DNA from: a virus
Taxonomy: Duplodnaviria > Caudoviricetes
Virus record (IMG/VR): IMGVR_UViG_3300006867_000078
Coordinates: 1-26,223 of that record
DNA: 26,223 nucleotides
Direction: 5' to 3' (one strand)
Of the stretch, positions 8,047 to 16,820 are shown in pieces (position 1 is the stretch's first letter; each line of letters opens with the position of its first letter). The notes under the pieces were generated by a model. It had not been told where the DNA came from. It saw nothing but the letters and a program-made list of their open reading frames with translations, and did not search any database. The position numbers and the translations under genes are program-made.

Positions 8047-8765
8047 AGATTTACTCCTGTGTCCAAATCGAATTCAGAAAAGGAACGCAGAATGTACGCA
8101 AGACGTGCTTGCGTCAACGCATCGTTTGCAGTTTCGCCAGCTTTTTCGTACGCGGAAACGACAACCTCCCATCTTTCTAATGGTGTCGTGCAGTTTTCTA
8201 GCAGACGCGCTGCCCGTACCTTGCCTAAACCTGGCACGCCGGGGTAGTTGTCGGTGCTGTCACCTGTAATGCTTTGGAGCATGTGGTTGTAATTGGCTTC
8301 GTCGGCTGTGACCTCAATCACCTCGCCCTCGTTCAAGTCCAAGTGCAAGCCAGGTACGGTGCGCAAGTCCTTGTCGATGCTAACGATAATGCTGCCCGGT
8401 TCACTGCCGTGCATGCCCACTAGGTCATCACCCTCAAGGGTAGGCTTACTGAACCCACCGTATTTGTCTGTGCAGTACCCGCGCATGTACGACCAGCCAA
8501 GCGGACGCCGCCCTTTGCGGTTAGCTTTGTACGCTGGGTAAAGTTCTTTGCGGTAGTTGTCGTGGTCTGACAGGCAGAACAACAGGCTTGTCGCTTCTGT
8601 CTGGTCACGTATTGCTTCGGCCAAGTTGTCAAAGACAATCTCAGCTTCCGTTGTGCTTAACCAATCTGTGATAACAACGTCGCCAAATATCTCATGTTCG
8701 GCTGGCGTGGTGGCGGCGAGACACGCTTGGTAAACCAGCACGTCCGCATCTATAACTGCGCGCAA
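8028..8765 (-). CDS. 5'-3' exonuclease (T7 gp6-like)
   Basis: IDAD.LVY, NYRKELYP.YKANRK, LEGDD..G, SIDKDLRTVPG, GDSTDNYPGVPG.G and QARLA.ILR motifs. TTG start with AGGAG RBS. Confidence 0.95.
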   Translation of the reverse strand: MRAVIDADVLVYQACLAATTPAEHEIFGDVVITDWLSTTEAEIVFDNLAEAIRDQTEATSLLFCLSDHDNYRKELYPAYKANRKGRRPLGWSYMRGYCTDKYGGFSKPTLEGDDLVGMHGSEPGSIIVSIDKDLRTVPGLHLDLNEGEVIEVTADEANYNHMLQSITGDSTDNYPGVPGLGKVRAARLLENCTTPLERWEVVVSAYEKAGETANDALTQARLAYILRSFSEFDLDTGVNLWTPPT

Positions 8766-9137
8766 TCAAATGCTCCTAAGATTGCAGGGGTACGCCTCGC
8801 TGTAAGCAGCAACTACTACAATTTCCAGCGCCGCATACTCTTTGTCCAATAAGTCATAACGAACTAGGTATTCTAAAATTACTGCGTGCGTCTGCTGTAC
8901 GTCTTCGATGGGATGCGCTTGGCAAATCTTTGGTTCACCATGCGCCAGAACGAAAGCAGTGTTTGCCCCCGCAATAAGTCCGTTAATGTAAAACCAAATA
9001 GGATTGACTAGCCCGTCATCTACTGCGCTGTTTAATGTCGGTAAATAAAACTGTGGGCCAGTAAGATACTGAGCGCGTGCCGTTGTGGGGAGACACACTG
9101 CAAACCAGCAGACCAACAGGGACAAAAACCAACGCAT
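8766..9137 (-). CDS. Exported protein resembling the Rap1a/Tai immunity family
   Basis: Signal peptide ending ARA, then LTG...YINGLIAG...ICQAHP...VILEYL...AAYSEAYPC. This follows the Rap1a pattern (YI.G, central C..P, VV..YL, terminal A(F/Y)PC). Confidence 0.6.
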   Translation of the reverse strand: MRWFLSLLVCWFAVCLPTTARAQYLTGPQFYLPTLNSAVDDGLVNPIWFYINGLIAGANTAFVLAHGEPKICQAHPIEDVQQTHAVILEYLVRYDLLDKEYAALEIVVVAAYSEAYPCNLRSI

Positions 9138-9142
9138 TACAT

Positions 9143-10897
9143 TTAGTGGCTCTCACTCCAATTATTGCCCACCTTTACGTCACAGGTAAGCGGTGCGCGT
9201 ATCTTAAAGAAATCATTTGCTTCGCGCAATGCTTGCGTAAGCGCATGCGAAGCCTCGTCTAAATCTTTGTCGGCGCAATCAAATTGCAGTTCGTCGTGCA
9301 CGTATAGGACCAAGTTACAGTCCAAATGTTTCGTGAGTTCCACTGCACGACAACACCAGAACTTAGCGTAACAGCTAGTGGCTGACTGTATAAGGTAGTT
9401 AAGGCTCTTGTGTTCACTGTCGATTGGGATGATACGGCCATCCAGACTGCGCAGTTGCTTAGCTTTCTTCGCGACCTTCTTTGCCTTCTTAATCAACGCG
9501 TCCAACGCAGGGAGTGCAGTAAGTAATCGCTTGCGCACCACCGTACCATTCTGTCCCGCCATTCGGCCAAGCCGTTCGTCACCTGACCCATAGATCATAG
9601 CGAACACCACGCCCTTCGCCCTGTCCCTGCTGATACCCATTGCGTCTGCATTCGTTTGGTGCGCATCGCCTTCGGCCAGAATCTTAGCATACGCCCCTTT
9701 GTCATACGGGTGCATGTAGTGCGCCAGCATCATTAGCTCGGCTTTGTCCAAGTCAGCGGCTAGCAGCTTGCGACCAGGGCTTGCAGTAAAAAGCTCCCGG
9801 CATTCCTTGCCGTACTCGCTGCCCATATTTGGAATTTGCTGCATATTTGGAGCTACCGAAGATGTCCGAGAAGTTCTTGCCGAATTAGAGATCACACGCG
9901 CATGTATTCTACCGTTGCGCGAGTGCTCAATCCAACTGCGAACCAAGCCCAACCGCTTCGTTAACATAAAGCTGCGTGCTAACAGCTTCGCCGCTGGGTA
10001 CTGGTCGCTAATACCATTCAGAATGCTCTCGTCCACACGTGGTAGCTTGCCGCTTTCAGTCATCACGCTTGGCTCCCAGCCTTGCGCTTGCAGTACCTTG
10101 GCGATATGCGCTCGGCTGTTCGGGTTGAAGTGCACCAGCTTTACCTTTTGGTACTCACACCCTTCCGTTACGTGGGGCTTGTTCTTGTACGCCACGCTGC
10201 GCTTCGGCACGACAAGCGGACCATCCGCCTCGTACCAAGACCCGAAGGTCTCAAGCATTTCTACCTCGATGTCGTCTACCGCACGCTGCAAGGTTTCTTG
10301 CAAGCGCACTGCCTTGTCTTGATCGAAGGCAAACCCGTAGGTTTCCATATCACGACACACGCCAGCGAACTCATGCTCTAACTTGTTCGCGTCTTCGCTG
10401 ATACCAAGCTGCGAAACCTGTTTGTACAGCCGTGCCGTTACGCGGCAGTCGTTAAGACAATACTCCGCTAGCTCGGCGTTGTACCCATCCGTCCACTCGC
10501 CACTGTATTCGCCCTTGTTCAACCCTAGCCGCACGCCCCACGTGTTAAGTGCGTGGCTACCTGGTCTTGCCCGGTGATCTAGCTCGCGCATTTCCTGCAC
10601 GCTCCACTTAGCAAGGTCACGCTCTGCTAGATCAGGGTATGCCAGTCGGCTTAAAACCAGAGTGTCAACGATTGGGTTGCGTGGCTGGAACCACGGGTAA
10701 AGCTTGCGCAGGGCAGGAAGGTCAAACGCCACGCCGTTGTGAAAGACAAGCACGTGGTCTCCCATTAGAAACCGCAAGCCGCTCTCTACATCCAACCCGC
10801 AGTCGTGTTCGTCGCCTGTGTCTATGTCCACCCAGCACAACGCTGTGCAAACCGTTGGGTCTAAGCTGTCAAACTCTCCGTCCACCGCAAGTAACAT
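9143..10897 (-). CDS. Family A DNA polymerase with 3'-5' exonuclease (T7 gp5-like)
   Basis: Exo motifs VDGEFD, HNGVAFD and YCLND; ETFGSWY...FNPNSR; motif A DLDKAEL, motif B RDRAKGVVFAMIYG, motif C VHDE. Start set at ATG 10897 (GGGAG RBS) rather than 10957. Confidence 0.96.
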   Translation of the reverse strand: MLLAVDGEFDSLDPTVCTALCWVDIDTGDEHDCGLDVESGLRFLMGDHVLVFHNGVAFDLPALRKLYPWFQPRNPIVDTLVLSRLAYPDLAERDLAKWSVQEMRELDHRARPGSHALNTWGVRLGLNKGEYSGEWTDGYNAELAEYCLNDCRVTARLYKQVSQLGISEDANKLEHEFAGVCRDMETYGFAFDQDKAVRLQETLQRAVDDIEVEMLETFGSWYEADGPLVVPKRSVAYKNKPHVTEGCEYQKVKLVHFNPNSRAHIAKVLQAQGWEPSVMTESGKLPRVDESILNGISDQYPAAKLLARSFMLTKRLGLVRSWIEHSRNGRIHARVISNSARTSRTSSVAPNMQQIPNMGSEYGKECRELFTASPGRKLLAADLDKAELMMLAHYMHPYDKGAYAKILAEGDAHQTNADAMGISRDRAKGVVFAMIYGSGDERLGRMAGQNGTVVRKRLLTALPALDALIKKAKKVAKKAKQLRSLDGRIIPIDSEHKSLNYLIQSATSCYAKFWCCRAVELTKHLDCNLVLYVHDELQFDCADKDLDEASHALTQALREANDFFKIRAPLTCDVKVGNNWSESH

Positions 10898-11312
10898 TTG
10901 GTGCAAACTCCCGTAAATAGTAGCGCCGCTGTCTATGCCCGGTCCGAAAGGCCACAAGATCGTAACCGTCCCGGCGCAGAGCGGACCACGCGTTGCTTGG
11001 CTTACGCCACCAGAACCCCATCTGCACTAGGTCGTCTGCGGTCAAGCCAACGCCTTGCTTCAGCAATGAGATAATCCCGTCTAAACAATCGAACTCGTTT
11101 TCAAGACGCCTGATTTCTTCGGCAAGCTTGTCTTTGAACGGAGTCCACTTAGGGCGATCATATGCGTACACGCATGCAAGATCATGCACGTCATAGAGCA
11201 AATCAAAATTCTGCTGGCGCTCCCTGTTCCTCGACAAGTAGGCCACGGTCTTCATCATAGCGCAGTAGTCCCGCGAACCCTGTCTGTCCGCACCATCTAT
11301 TTTTAAGAACAT
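10869..11312 (-). CDS. Hypothetical protein with probable C-terminal winged helix-turn-helix; true start probably near 11201
   Basis: LLKQGVGLTADDL...SALRRDGYDL...RRYYL resembles small phage wHTH proteins. It fills the helicase-polymerase gap; the start is uncertain. Confidence 0.55.
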   Translation of the reverse strand: MFLKIDGADRQGSRDYCAMMKTVAYLSRNRERQQNFDLLYDVHDLACVYAYDRPKWTPFKDKLAEEIRRLENEFDCLDGIISLLKQGVGLTADDLVQMGFWWRKPSNAWSALRRDGYDLVAFRTGHRQRRYYLREFAPNVTCGGRRV

Positions 11313-12852
11313 TTACTTGCACCATATTATCTACGACCTCGCGGTCTTCGTCTTTATATTTTTCGATGCTAATAATGGCGTCACTTAGTTGGCCGATAGA
11401 CCCACTGCCTCGAATGTCACTGATACGCACCGACGCAGAACCATCAGCATGCTCACCGCCACCCGTTGCCTTTCGGGTGTGGCTCACCATGATAACCCCG
11501 ACGCCGCACCCTTCGACAATCTGACTGCGAATGCGTGTGGTGATAGCGTCAATCATTTGTCGCTCGGTTAGGCCACTGCTGTCACTGTCAAAGCCTAACG
11601 TCGTAGCAAGGGTGATGTGGTCAAAGATAATCCAGCGACACCCGGCACCCGTCGCCAAGAAAGCCATACGCTTTAGCAAGTCGGCACTGTCTGTCGAACC
11701 AAAGTGGTCAAAGATAAAGCAGTTGTCCTCAGTGAACAGCTTCATCCCTTCCTCAACTTGTTCCTGCTTCGGTATAACATTGGCCTGCTGATACAGGGGT
11801 TGCCCAATGTTAATTCCAATCAACCGCTGCAAGGTTTTCTTTTTGTTTTCTTCCAGAAACATTATCCCAACGGGTTCGTTGTGATTAGCTATCAAGTCCC
11901 AAGCCAGGTGGCTAGCCAGCGTAGACTTGCCGATACCCGTGCCTGCAACAATGGTCCAAAGCTCGGGACGGTAGCCCTTCAGCTTGTCTTCGATGCAGCT
12001 AAACATCGGCTTGAGGCCCGGCTTTTCTTCCTCAAGCAACAAATGCAGCAGGTCACGGGCAGCATGGATGCCATCAGGTCGCCACGGTGCCGCCCCTGTG
12101 ATTAACGCACTGAGGTTTTGCTCGGGTCCACCTTTAACCTGCACGTCGTTTGCGTCTTTGAACCCCTTGGGCCAGCGAACCCGACGCACAGCCACGTCCT
12201 GACCACTCGTTGTCAACGCCATCGCCAACGTCTCAGTGGCTTCCGCACCGTTCTCGTCACCATCAAGCGCTAAGACAACGGTTCCCCAGCTTGTCAGGTA
12301 GTTCCACTCAGACTCTTGGCGCAGCACAGTCTTTGCGCTGTTGCTACCTTGCGGAAGCGAGACGCAATGGTGGTCTTCCAGTCGCAGAGACGCGATGGTC
12401 AGACAATCAATCTCGCCTTCCGTAATCACCAACGTCTTGCTCTTGTGCGGTGCCTCAAGCCCTTGCCCGAAAAGCGGCAAGCGATCTGTCTGTTCACCTT
12501 GCACGTAGAACTGTTTGTCTGGCGTTCGGACTTTGACGCAAACCAAACCCTTCGGCCCGTAGAACGGAGCGATGTGATTGCCTTCGTCGTCAACCTCATA
12601 TCCGTAGCGCTTCAGCACTTGAATGTTACGCAGTTCACGCTGCGGTATGGCCTGCACCTGACCCCGAGTAACCGTGCGGCGCACAGGCTCAATCTCTACG
12701 ACCTTGCCTGAGTCAAACCAATTTGTGCGCTGACAAGAAAAACAAAACCCGTGGTCTGAATACTCAGCGTAAGCGTCACTACTGTTGCAACCATCCATCG
12801 GACAAGGCAACCGACTGCGTAGTGCGCCCTCCCGTTCTCTCACCTCAACCAT
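11203..12852 (-). CDS. Primase/helicase (T7 gp4-like)
   Basis: Zn finger CPMDGC...CFSC; TOPRIM motifs ITEGEID, LDGDENG and KDAND; SF4 helicase motifs AGTGIGKST, IFDHI, VSH, DIRGSGSIGQLSD and KNR. Start set at ATG 12852 (longest ORF 12960). Confidence 0.96.
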   Translation of the reverse strand: MVEVREREGALRSRLPCPMDGCNSSDAYAEYSDHGFCFSCQRTNWFDSGKVVEIEPVRRTVTRGQVQAIPQRELRNIQVLKRYGYEVDDEGNHIAPFYGPKGLVCVKVRTPDKQFYVQGEQTDRLPLFGQGLEAPHKSKTLVITEGEIDCLTIASLRLEDHHCVSLPQGSNSAKTVLRQESEWNYLTSWGTVVLALDGDENGAEATETLAMALTTSGQDVAVRRVRWPKGFKDANDVQVKGGPEQNLSALITGAAPWRPDGIHAARDLLHLLLEEEKPGLKPMFSCIEDKLKGYRPELWTIVAGTGIGKSTLASHLAWDLIANHNEPVGIMFLEENKKKTLQRLIGINIGQPLYQQANVIPKQEQVEEGMKLFTEDNCFIFDHFGSTDSADLLKRMAFLATGAGCRWIIFDHITLATTLGFDSDSSGLTERQMIDAITTRIRSQIVEGCGVGVIMVSHTRKATGGGEHADGSASVRISDIRGSGSIGQLSDAIISIEKYKDEDREVVDNMVQVNVLKNRWCGQTGFAGLLRYDEDRGLLVEEQGAPAEF

Positions 12853-13346
12853 TCGTCTGGCACCACCTTTTCCGCCCAAGTAAATCCATGTTTGGTAGCC
12901 CACTCGCCAGCGTTTTTCTTTTGTCTCCCCGCTGACGTGCGCGCATTTGCGAACAGCCATCGTATGTCTAGCCCTGGGTACTGGCGCGCAATGAAAATCA
13001 TTTTCGCCATGTCCTCTCCCGTTAGCCGCCCCTTGGCCTCGACGTAAATCTGTCTGTTGCCGGGTAGAAGCAGCACGTAGTCAGGTGTGTAGACGTGATG
13101 GGTCGCAGGCTTAATCCAAGTTAGCTTGTCCCGCTCGCGTTCGTAACGGAACCTGATACCTCTCGACACCAGGTCCGTTGCGATGCGTTCTTCAAACTGA
13201 GAGCGGAACCCTTTGATTAACCCTTCATCGTCGTGAAGTTGTCCGGGATTAGAACTCGGCCTGGACCTCAGATTCCGCGACGTACCCACCCGAGACTGGC
13301 GCGTACTCGGACCCGGCGACGAACGCCCCTTCCTCTTCAACGGCAT
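12840..13346 (-). CDS. Endonuclease I / Holliday junction resolvase (T7 gp3-like)
   Basis: FRSQFEERIA, YTPDY, YVEAKG, P.LDIR.LF and WA.KHGF.WA...VP.EWL motifs. Start uncertain; ATG 13346 chosen. Confidence 0.92.
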   Translation of the reverse strand: MPLKRKGRSSPGPSTRQSRVGTSRNLRSRPSSNPGQLHDDEGLIKGFRSQFEERIATDLVSRGIRFRYERERDKLTWIKPATHHVYTPDYVLLLPGNRQIYVEAKGRLTGEDMAKMIFIARQYPGLDIRWLFANARTSAGRQKKNAGEWATKHGFTWAEKVVPDEWLR

Positions 13347-13851
13347 CGTAAGTTCCCACAAATTGTTCAAGTTTAATGAGCTGGAAGGAAGCAGGCTGCA
13401 CTTGCATGAAATGCTGCCCCCCTTTCTCTGTTGACCGCAGCAGAATTGTTGGCCGGATGATTGACCCGTGACCGAGCATCAGGTCGGGCTTCACCGGGTG
13501 TCCCCGGCTATCGAAAATCTTTGGCTGCGCCCACTCAGACCCGTCTTTGTTCTGGTATTTTCGCGCCGTTCGCACCACGCGCAGTTTCTCATCAAACTCA
13601 GTGACCCGCTCAATCTTGCTGTCCCGGTCAATGCCCCAGCTATCGAAGGCCGTGTTCCAATCATCCTGCAACGCTTCCCATGCAGCTTCGGGAATGCCGA
13701 TAGCAACTTCATAGTTTCCCGTGATCTTGCTTGGGTTCAGCACGTTATAGAACCACTTGCGCTGGACGTTGTTCATGAGGTAGCAGCGGCCAAGCATAAC
13801 CTTGCGTACTTGATACGCCTCAGTGATAGGTTGAATTGTCATCGGAATCAT
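13249..13851 (-). CDS. Single-stranded DNA-binding protein (T7 gp2.5-like)
   Basis: Position between RNAP and endonuclease I; P.IFDS.G and G.GS motifs; QLIKL.. strand; acidic tail ending in Phe (ESEVQAEF). Confidence 0.8.
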   Translation of the reverse strand: MIPMTIQPITEAYQVRKVMLGRCYLMNNVQRKWFYNVLNPSKITGNYEVAIGIPEAAWEALQDDWNTAFDSWGIDRDSKIERVTEFDEKLRVVRTARKYQNKDGSEWAQPKIFDSRGHPVKPDLMLGHGSIIRPTILLRSTEKGGQHFMQVQPASFQLIKLEQFVGTYDAVEEEGAFVAGSEYAPVSGGYVAESEVQAEF

Positions 13852-14089
13852 CCTCGTCTTCTGTCATCATAGAATAAACGACGTGCAAGCTCAGCAGTTG
13901 CGCGATCGCATGCACCTCGTCAGCGTCCAGGTCCACAATCGTGGCACGATCAAGCAGCGCCAGTTGTTCTTTGCTGGACTCAACGTTCTCAATCTTTTCA
14001 AGCTCATGGCTATCGTACAGACACGCAGTGCCATCCGTACTGATCGACATGCTCAGGTCGTCACTAAGTTTAATTAGACGAAGCCGCAT
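13820..14089 (-). CDS. Hypothetical acidic protein
   Basis: ATG 14089 preceded by GGAG gives MRLRLIKLSDD...EDEDDSDD (89 aa). The longer upstream extension overlaps two other genes. Confidence 0.6.
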   Translation of the reverse strand: MRLRLIKLSDDLSMSISTDGTACLYDSHELEKIENVESSKEQLALLDRATIVDLDADEVHAIAQLLSLHVVYSMMTEDEDDSDDNSTYH

Positions 14090-14384
14090 GTTCTCCGCAT
14101 CCGTAGTCGTTAGGGACTGATACGGGGCTAGGCCATCTACGGCACTCGGTCCGCAGCGTTTGGTCGCCAACCTTTCTTTCGTAAAAGTGCTTGCACGTTT
14201 CACAAGTCTTTGCCTTTCTTTTGCGTGTTTGTTTGGGCTTAGTGGAAGAAATAGTCGCTTCGGGTGAGGTCGAAGGGGATGCTTCCGGTTGCTGGCGGCT
14301 CGGGGATTTCCGGGCAGAGCGCTTGCCACTCGCCGTAATGCCGCTCAAAAATTTCTTGGTCGTGGTATTGCTTGAACCACTCAT
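14070..14384 (-). CDS. Small Cys-rich, probably metal-binding protein
   Basis: CETCKHF...CRRWP...CGEH pattern. ATG 14384 has TAAGGA 9 nt upstream and lies inside the RNAP 3' end. Confidence 0.6.
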   Translation of the reverse strand: MSGSSNTTTKKFLSGITASGKRSARKSPSRQQPEASPSTSPEATISSTKPKQTRKRKAKTCETCKHFYERKVGDQTLRTECRRWPSPVSVPNDYGCGEHAASSN

Positions 14385-16719
14385 CTTTCAATGTCCTTAT
14401 TGTTTGCTGCACGGCGTTAGCGTGGACGCCAATGCAATCGTGGATAGGCACAACACTGGTCACGGGCATGGTGTCTGCGCCTAACCTAGCCAGTACGTTG
14501 TGGAGAAACCCGGCCTCGTAGCTGTGCACCAAGGCAACGGGCAGGGTGTTACGCATTTTGTGTAGGTCTAACTCGTTGGTGTCCTGCCAGTACGTCGGCT
14601 TGTACAGTTGTTCACCGATCAGCGTTTCAATCTTGCGCTCACGACGGGTCCACTTCGCCATCTTTACAGGCTGACCACTCGGTGAAACCCAAGACACAGG
14701 CAGGTTCCGTTTGCCAAACGCACCGCCCACCGCTCGCAACCACTTCATCGCATCACGTGTGCGGCTAAGCCGTTCTTCGTACGCTAGCCAGACAACCTCG
14801 TTGAGCGCTTTGCTATAATCGTACGTGTTTGCAAACGGCTTTTCGATTTCCCCGGCAACGCTGGCCCCTACGATTTCGTCTCGCAGTTTGCGGTAGGTGC
14901 CTAGCTTTGTGCCACCGTAGCCACCCGGCATGACGACACCCTTTGCTATGCTGCGTGGGATACCGTTGCGCGCAATGGCTTGGCAAACTGGTGTGCCTAT
15001 CTCACGTGCTATTTCAACAGCGCGCTCAGCAATCTTGGAATAAATGTCAGGTCGATGTTGTGTAGCAACCAAGCCAAGATCAGCGTAAGCGTCACTATCC
15101 CGCAGCATAGAACTAAAGTGGCTGGGACCACTACACGTCTGGTCCCGGTAACAAATGTAATGGCTTTCAAGCGCGTGGCCCTCCTTTTTAAACGCGTCGT
15201 ACTCAAGGGCGGCACGCAGGGCCATTGTTGGAGCCTCTTGGTCTAACCACTCTTGAGATTTCTTATAGTCCGCAGCGACACGACGAAGCATCGCATCGTT
15301 GTCTTCTACCCACGCCACTCGTTCCTTCAGCGTGGTCTTGTCCTGACCCCAATCGTTAGCGATTGAGATAAACAATTCTTCTACGGCCTCGTCCCCGGCC
15401 AAGGTCTCGGCGTGTGCAAATTCCATGCAACCACGCACACCTTTGTTAGCTTGCGGATTAAGCACCGGGCGGTACATGATGCGCCCGAAGACACCCATTG
15501 CCGCTGGCATGAAAAACTCTTTGCCCTCGTACATGTGCATGTGCACGTCATTGATTGCCGCAGTGCTACGCCGGGGCAGGTTCTTGGTGCGCTGCACCCG
15601 TGCTGTCTTGAGCGCTGCCCGTGCCGCAACACGTGTCTCGGTTACGTCCCAAACGTCTTCCGTAAACGTAGGCTTCTCGATAAACGCAGGGTACAGTTCG
15701 CACGGAATGTCTTGTTCGATCACCCAGCGGTGCGCTTCAAGTACGGTCGGGTTCATGCGGAACTTAGTGCGCTGCACCAGGTTCACTGCGTCCACCATCT
15801 TGTTCAGCTTCACGTCACCGTGCAAACCTGGCCGCTGGCTCAGACCAAGTAGGTCACAATCCTTGCGCGTCCAGCCACGCACTAGGCCGCGCTTGCCAAG
15901 CTCAGCGTACCCGCCACCCCACGGCATGTTCACGTCCCAATCAGCAGGCACGTCCACCATAGGAAGGGGCAGCATGCGGCGACGGGCAAACTCGTCAGCC
16001 AAGTCTCGGATGTGCATGTACGCCACGTCTCGCAAGACAACCCAAGGCTGATAGTGACCACGTGGCGTGAGGCGTTTCTGAATCTCAAAGATGTTAGCGG
16101 TCAGTTGCATCAAGTGCCACGCCGCACAGCCGATTGCAGCTTGCGTCAAGCTGATCTCGGGCAGTGGCTCAAACCCTTCGATGCGATCAATGATGCGCCT
16201 GACGTGACGCCGCTTCACTTTGCGGTTCGTGTAGCGCTCACGCTTAGCCCTATCTATGTAGTCATAGGCGTCGATTTTAAACGCTCGCATGTACGCTGAC
16301 TGACGCACGTAGTCTTGTATGCGCTCACCGATAATCTTAGCGTACTGGCTGAAGGGCATGCCGTGAAGCCGACGCATGGTCAGGTTCATCGTTGTCCCAA
16401 TTATGACCGACGCTATGTCTTCCGCCTTGCTTGCTTGGACGTAGTGCGCCAAGGCCCATTTACCTTTGGCATAACGTCCTACAGGTGGGGCTTGCACGCT
16501 TAGTCGTTCTAGTCTAGCAGTCAGGTCCGCATGCAGACCCCCGGCTAAGTGCTTCAGTGGTGGCAACGTAGATGCGTCACCCGACGCCATGCGCCCGTAG
16601 AAACCACTACGCCAAGCACGCTGGCCGCGCAGCTTCATCTGCCTGTCTAGTTCTTGCTGTTCCGTCGAAGCACTGCCCGTGCGTTGCGCTTCATCATCGC
16701 GTTTAATAGTCGCGTTCAT
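14239..16719 (-). CDS. Single-subunit DNA-directed RNA polymerase (T7 gp1-like)
   Basis: PM...P.DW...GGGY; motif A DQTCSG, motif B RSIAKGVVM...YG, W.SPSG, VHS, motif C IHDC; C-terminal YFF; 826 aa. Confidence 0.96.
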   Translation of the reverse strand: MNATIKRDDEAQRTGSASTEQQELDRQMKLRGQRAWRSGFYGRMASGDASTLPPLKHLAGGLHADLTARLERLSVQAPPVGRYAKGKWALAHYVQASKAEDIASVIIGTTMNLTMRRLHGMPFSQYAKIIGERIQDYVRQSAYMRAFKIDAYDYIDRAKRERYTNRKVKRRHVRRIIDRIEGFEPLPEISLTQAAIGCAAWHLMQLTANIFEIQKRLTPRGHYQPWVVLRDVAYMHIRDLADEFARRRMLPLPMVDVPADWDVNMPWGGGYAELGKRGLVRGWTRKDCDLLGLSQRPGLHGDVKLNKMVDAVNLVQRTKFRMNPTVLEAHRWVIEQDIPCELYPAFIEKPTFTEDVWDVTETRVAARAALKTARVQRTKNLPRRSTAAINDVHMHMYEGKEFFMPAAMGVFGRIMYRPVLNPQANKGVRGCMEFAHAETLAGDEAVEELFISIANDWGQDKTTLKERVAWVEDNDAMLRRVAADYKKSQEWLDQEAPTMALRAALEYDAFKKEGHALESHYICYRDQTCSGPSHFSSMLRDSDAYADLGLVATQHRPDIYSKIAERAVEIAREIGTPVCQAIARNGIPRSIAKGVVMPGGYGGTKLGTYRKLRDEIVGASVAGEIEKPFANTYDYSKALNEVVWLAYEERLSRTRDAMKWLRAVGGAFGKRNLPVSWVSPSGQPVKMAKWTRRERKIETLIGEQLYKPTYWQDTNELDLHKMRNTLPVALVHSYEAGFLHNVLARLGADTMPVTSVVPIHDCIGVHANAVQQTIRTLKDEWFKQYHDQEIFERHYGEWQALCPEIPEPPATGSIPFDLTRSDYFFH

Positions 16720-16772
16720 TTTTCCTGCCCTGTGAATTGCTTACAGTCACGTTTAGGCAGGCACCGGGAAAA

Positions 16773-16820
16773 GCATTCGTAATGCGTGGGTCGGGTGTTC
16801 GAGTCACCTTACCAGCACCA
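16773..16820 (+). other. attP core: 3' half of tRNA-Thr(CGT)
   Basis: GCA-TTCGTAA-TGC (anticodon loop, CGT), GGGTG-TTCGAGT-CACCT (T arm) and TACCAGC-A-CCA (acceptor strand). No D arm or 5' acceptor strand; lies just downstream of the integrase. Confidence 0.88.

Noticed and set aside
16741-16820. A complete phage-encoded tRNA-Thr
   Set aside because: The upstream sequence cannot supply a D arm or a 5' acceptor strand (GCTGGT...); only the 3' half is present, consistent with attP.
16773-16820. Prophage boundary (attL/attR)
   Set aside because: Phage genes flank both sides and no host genes are in the window, so the site is unrecombined.
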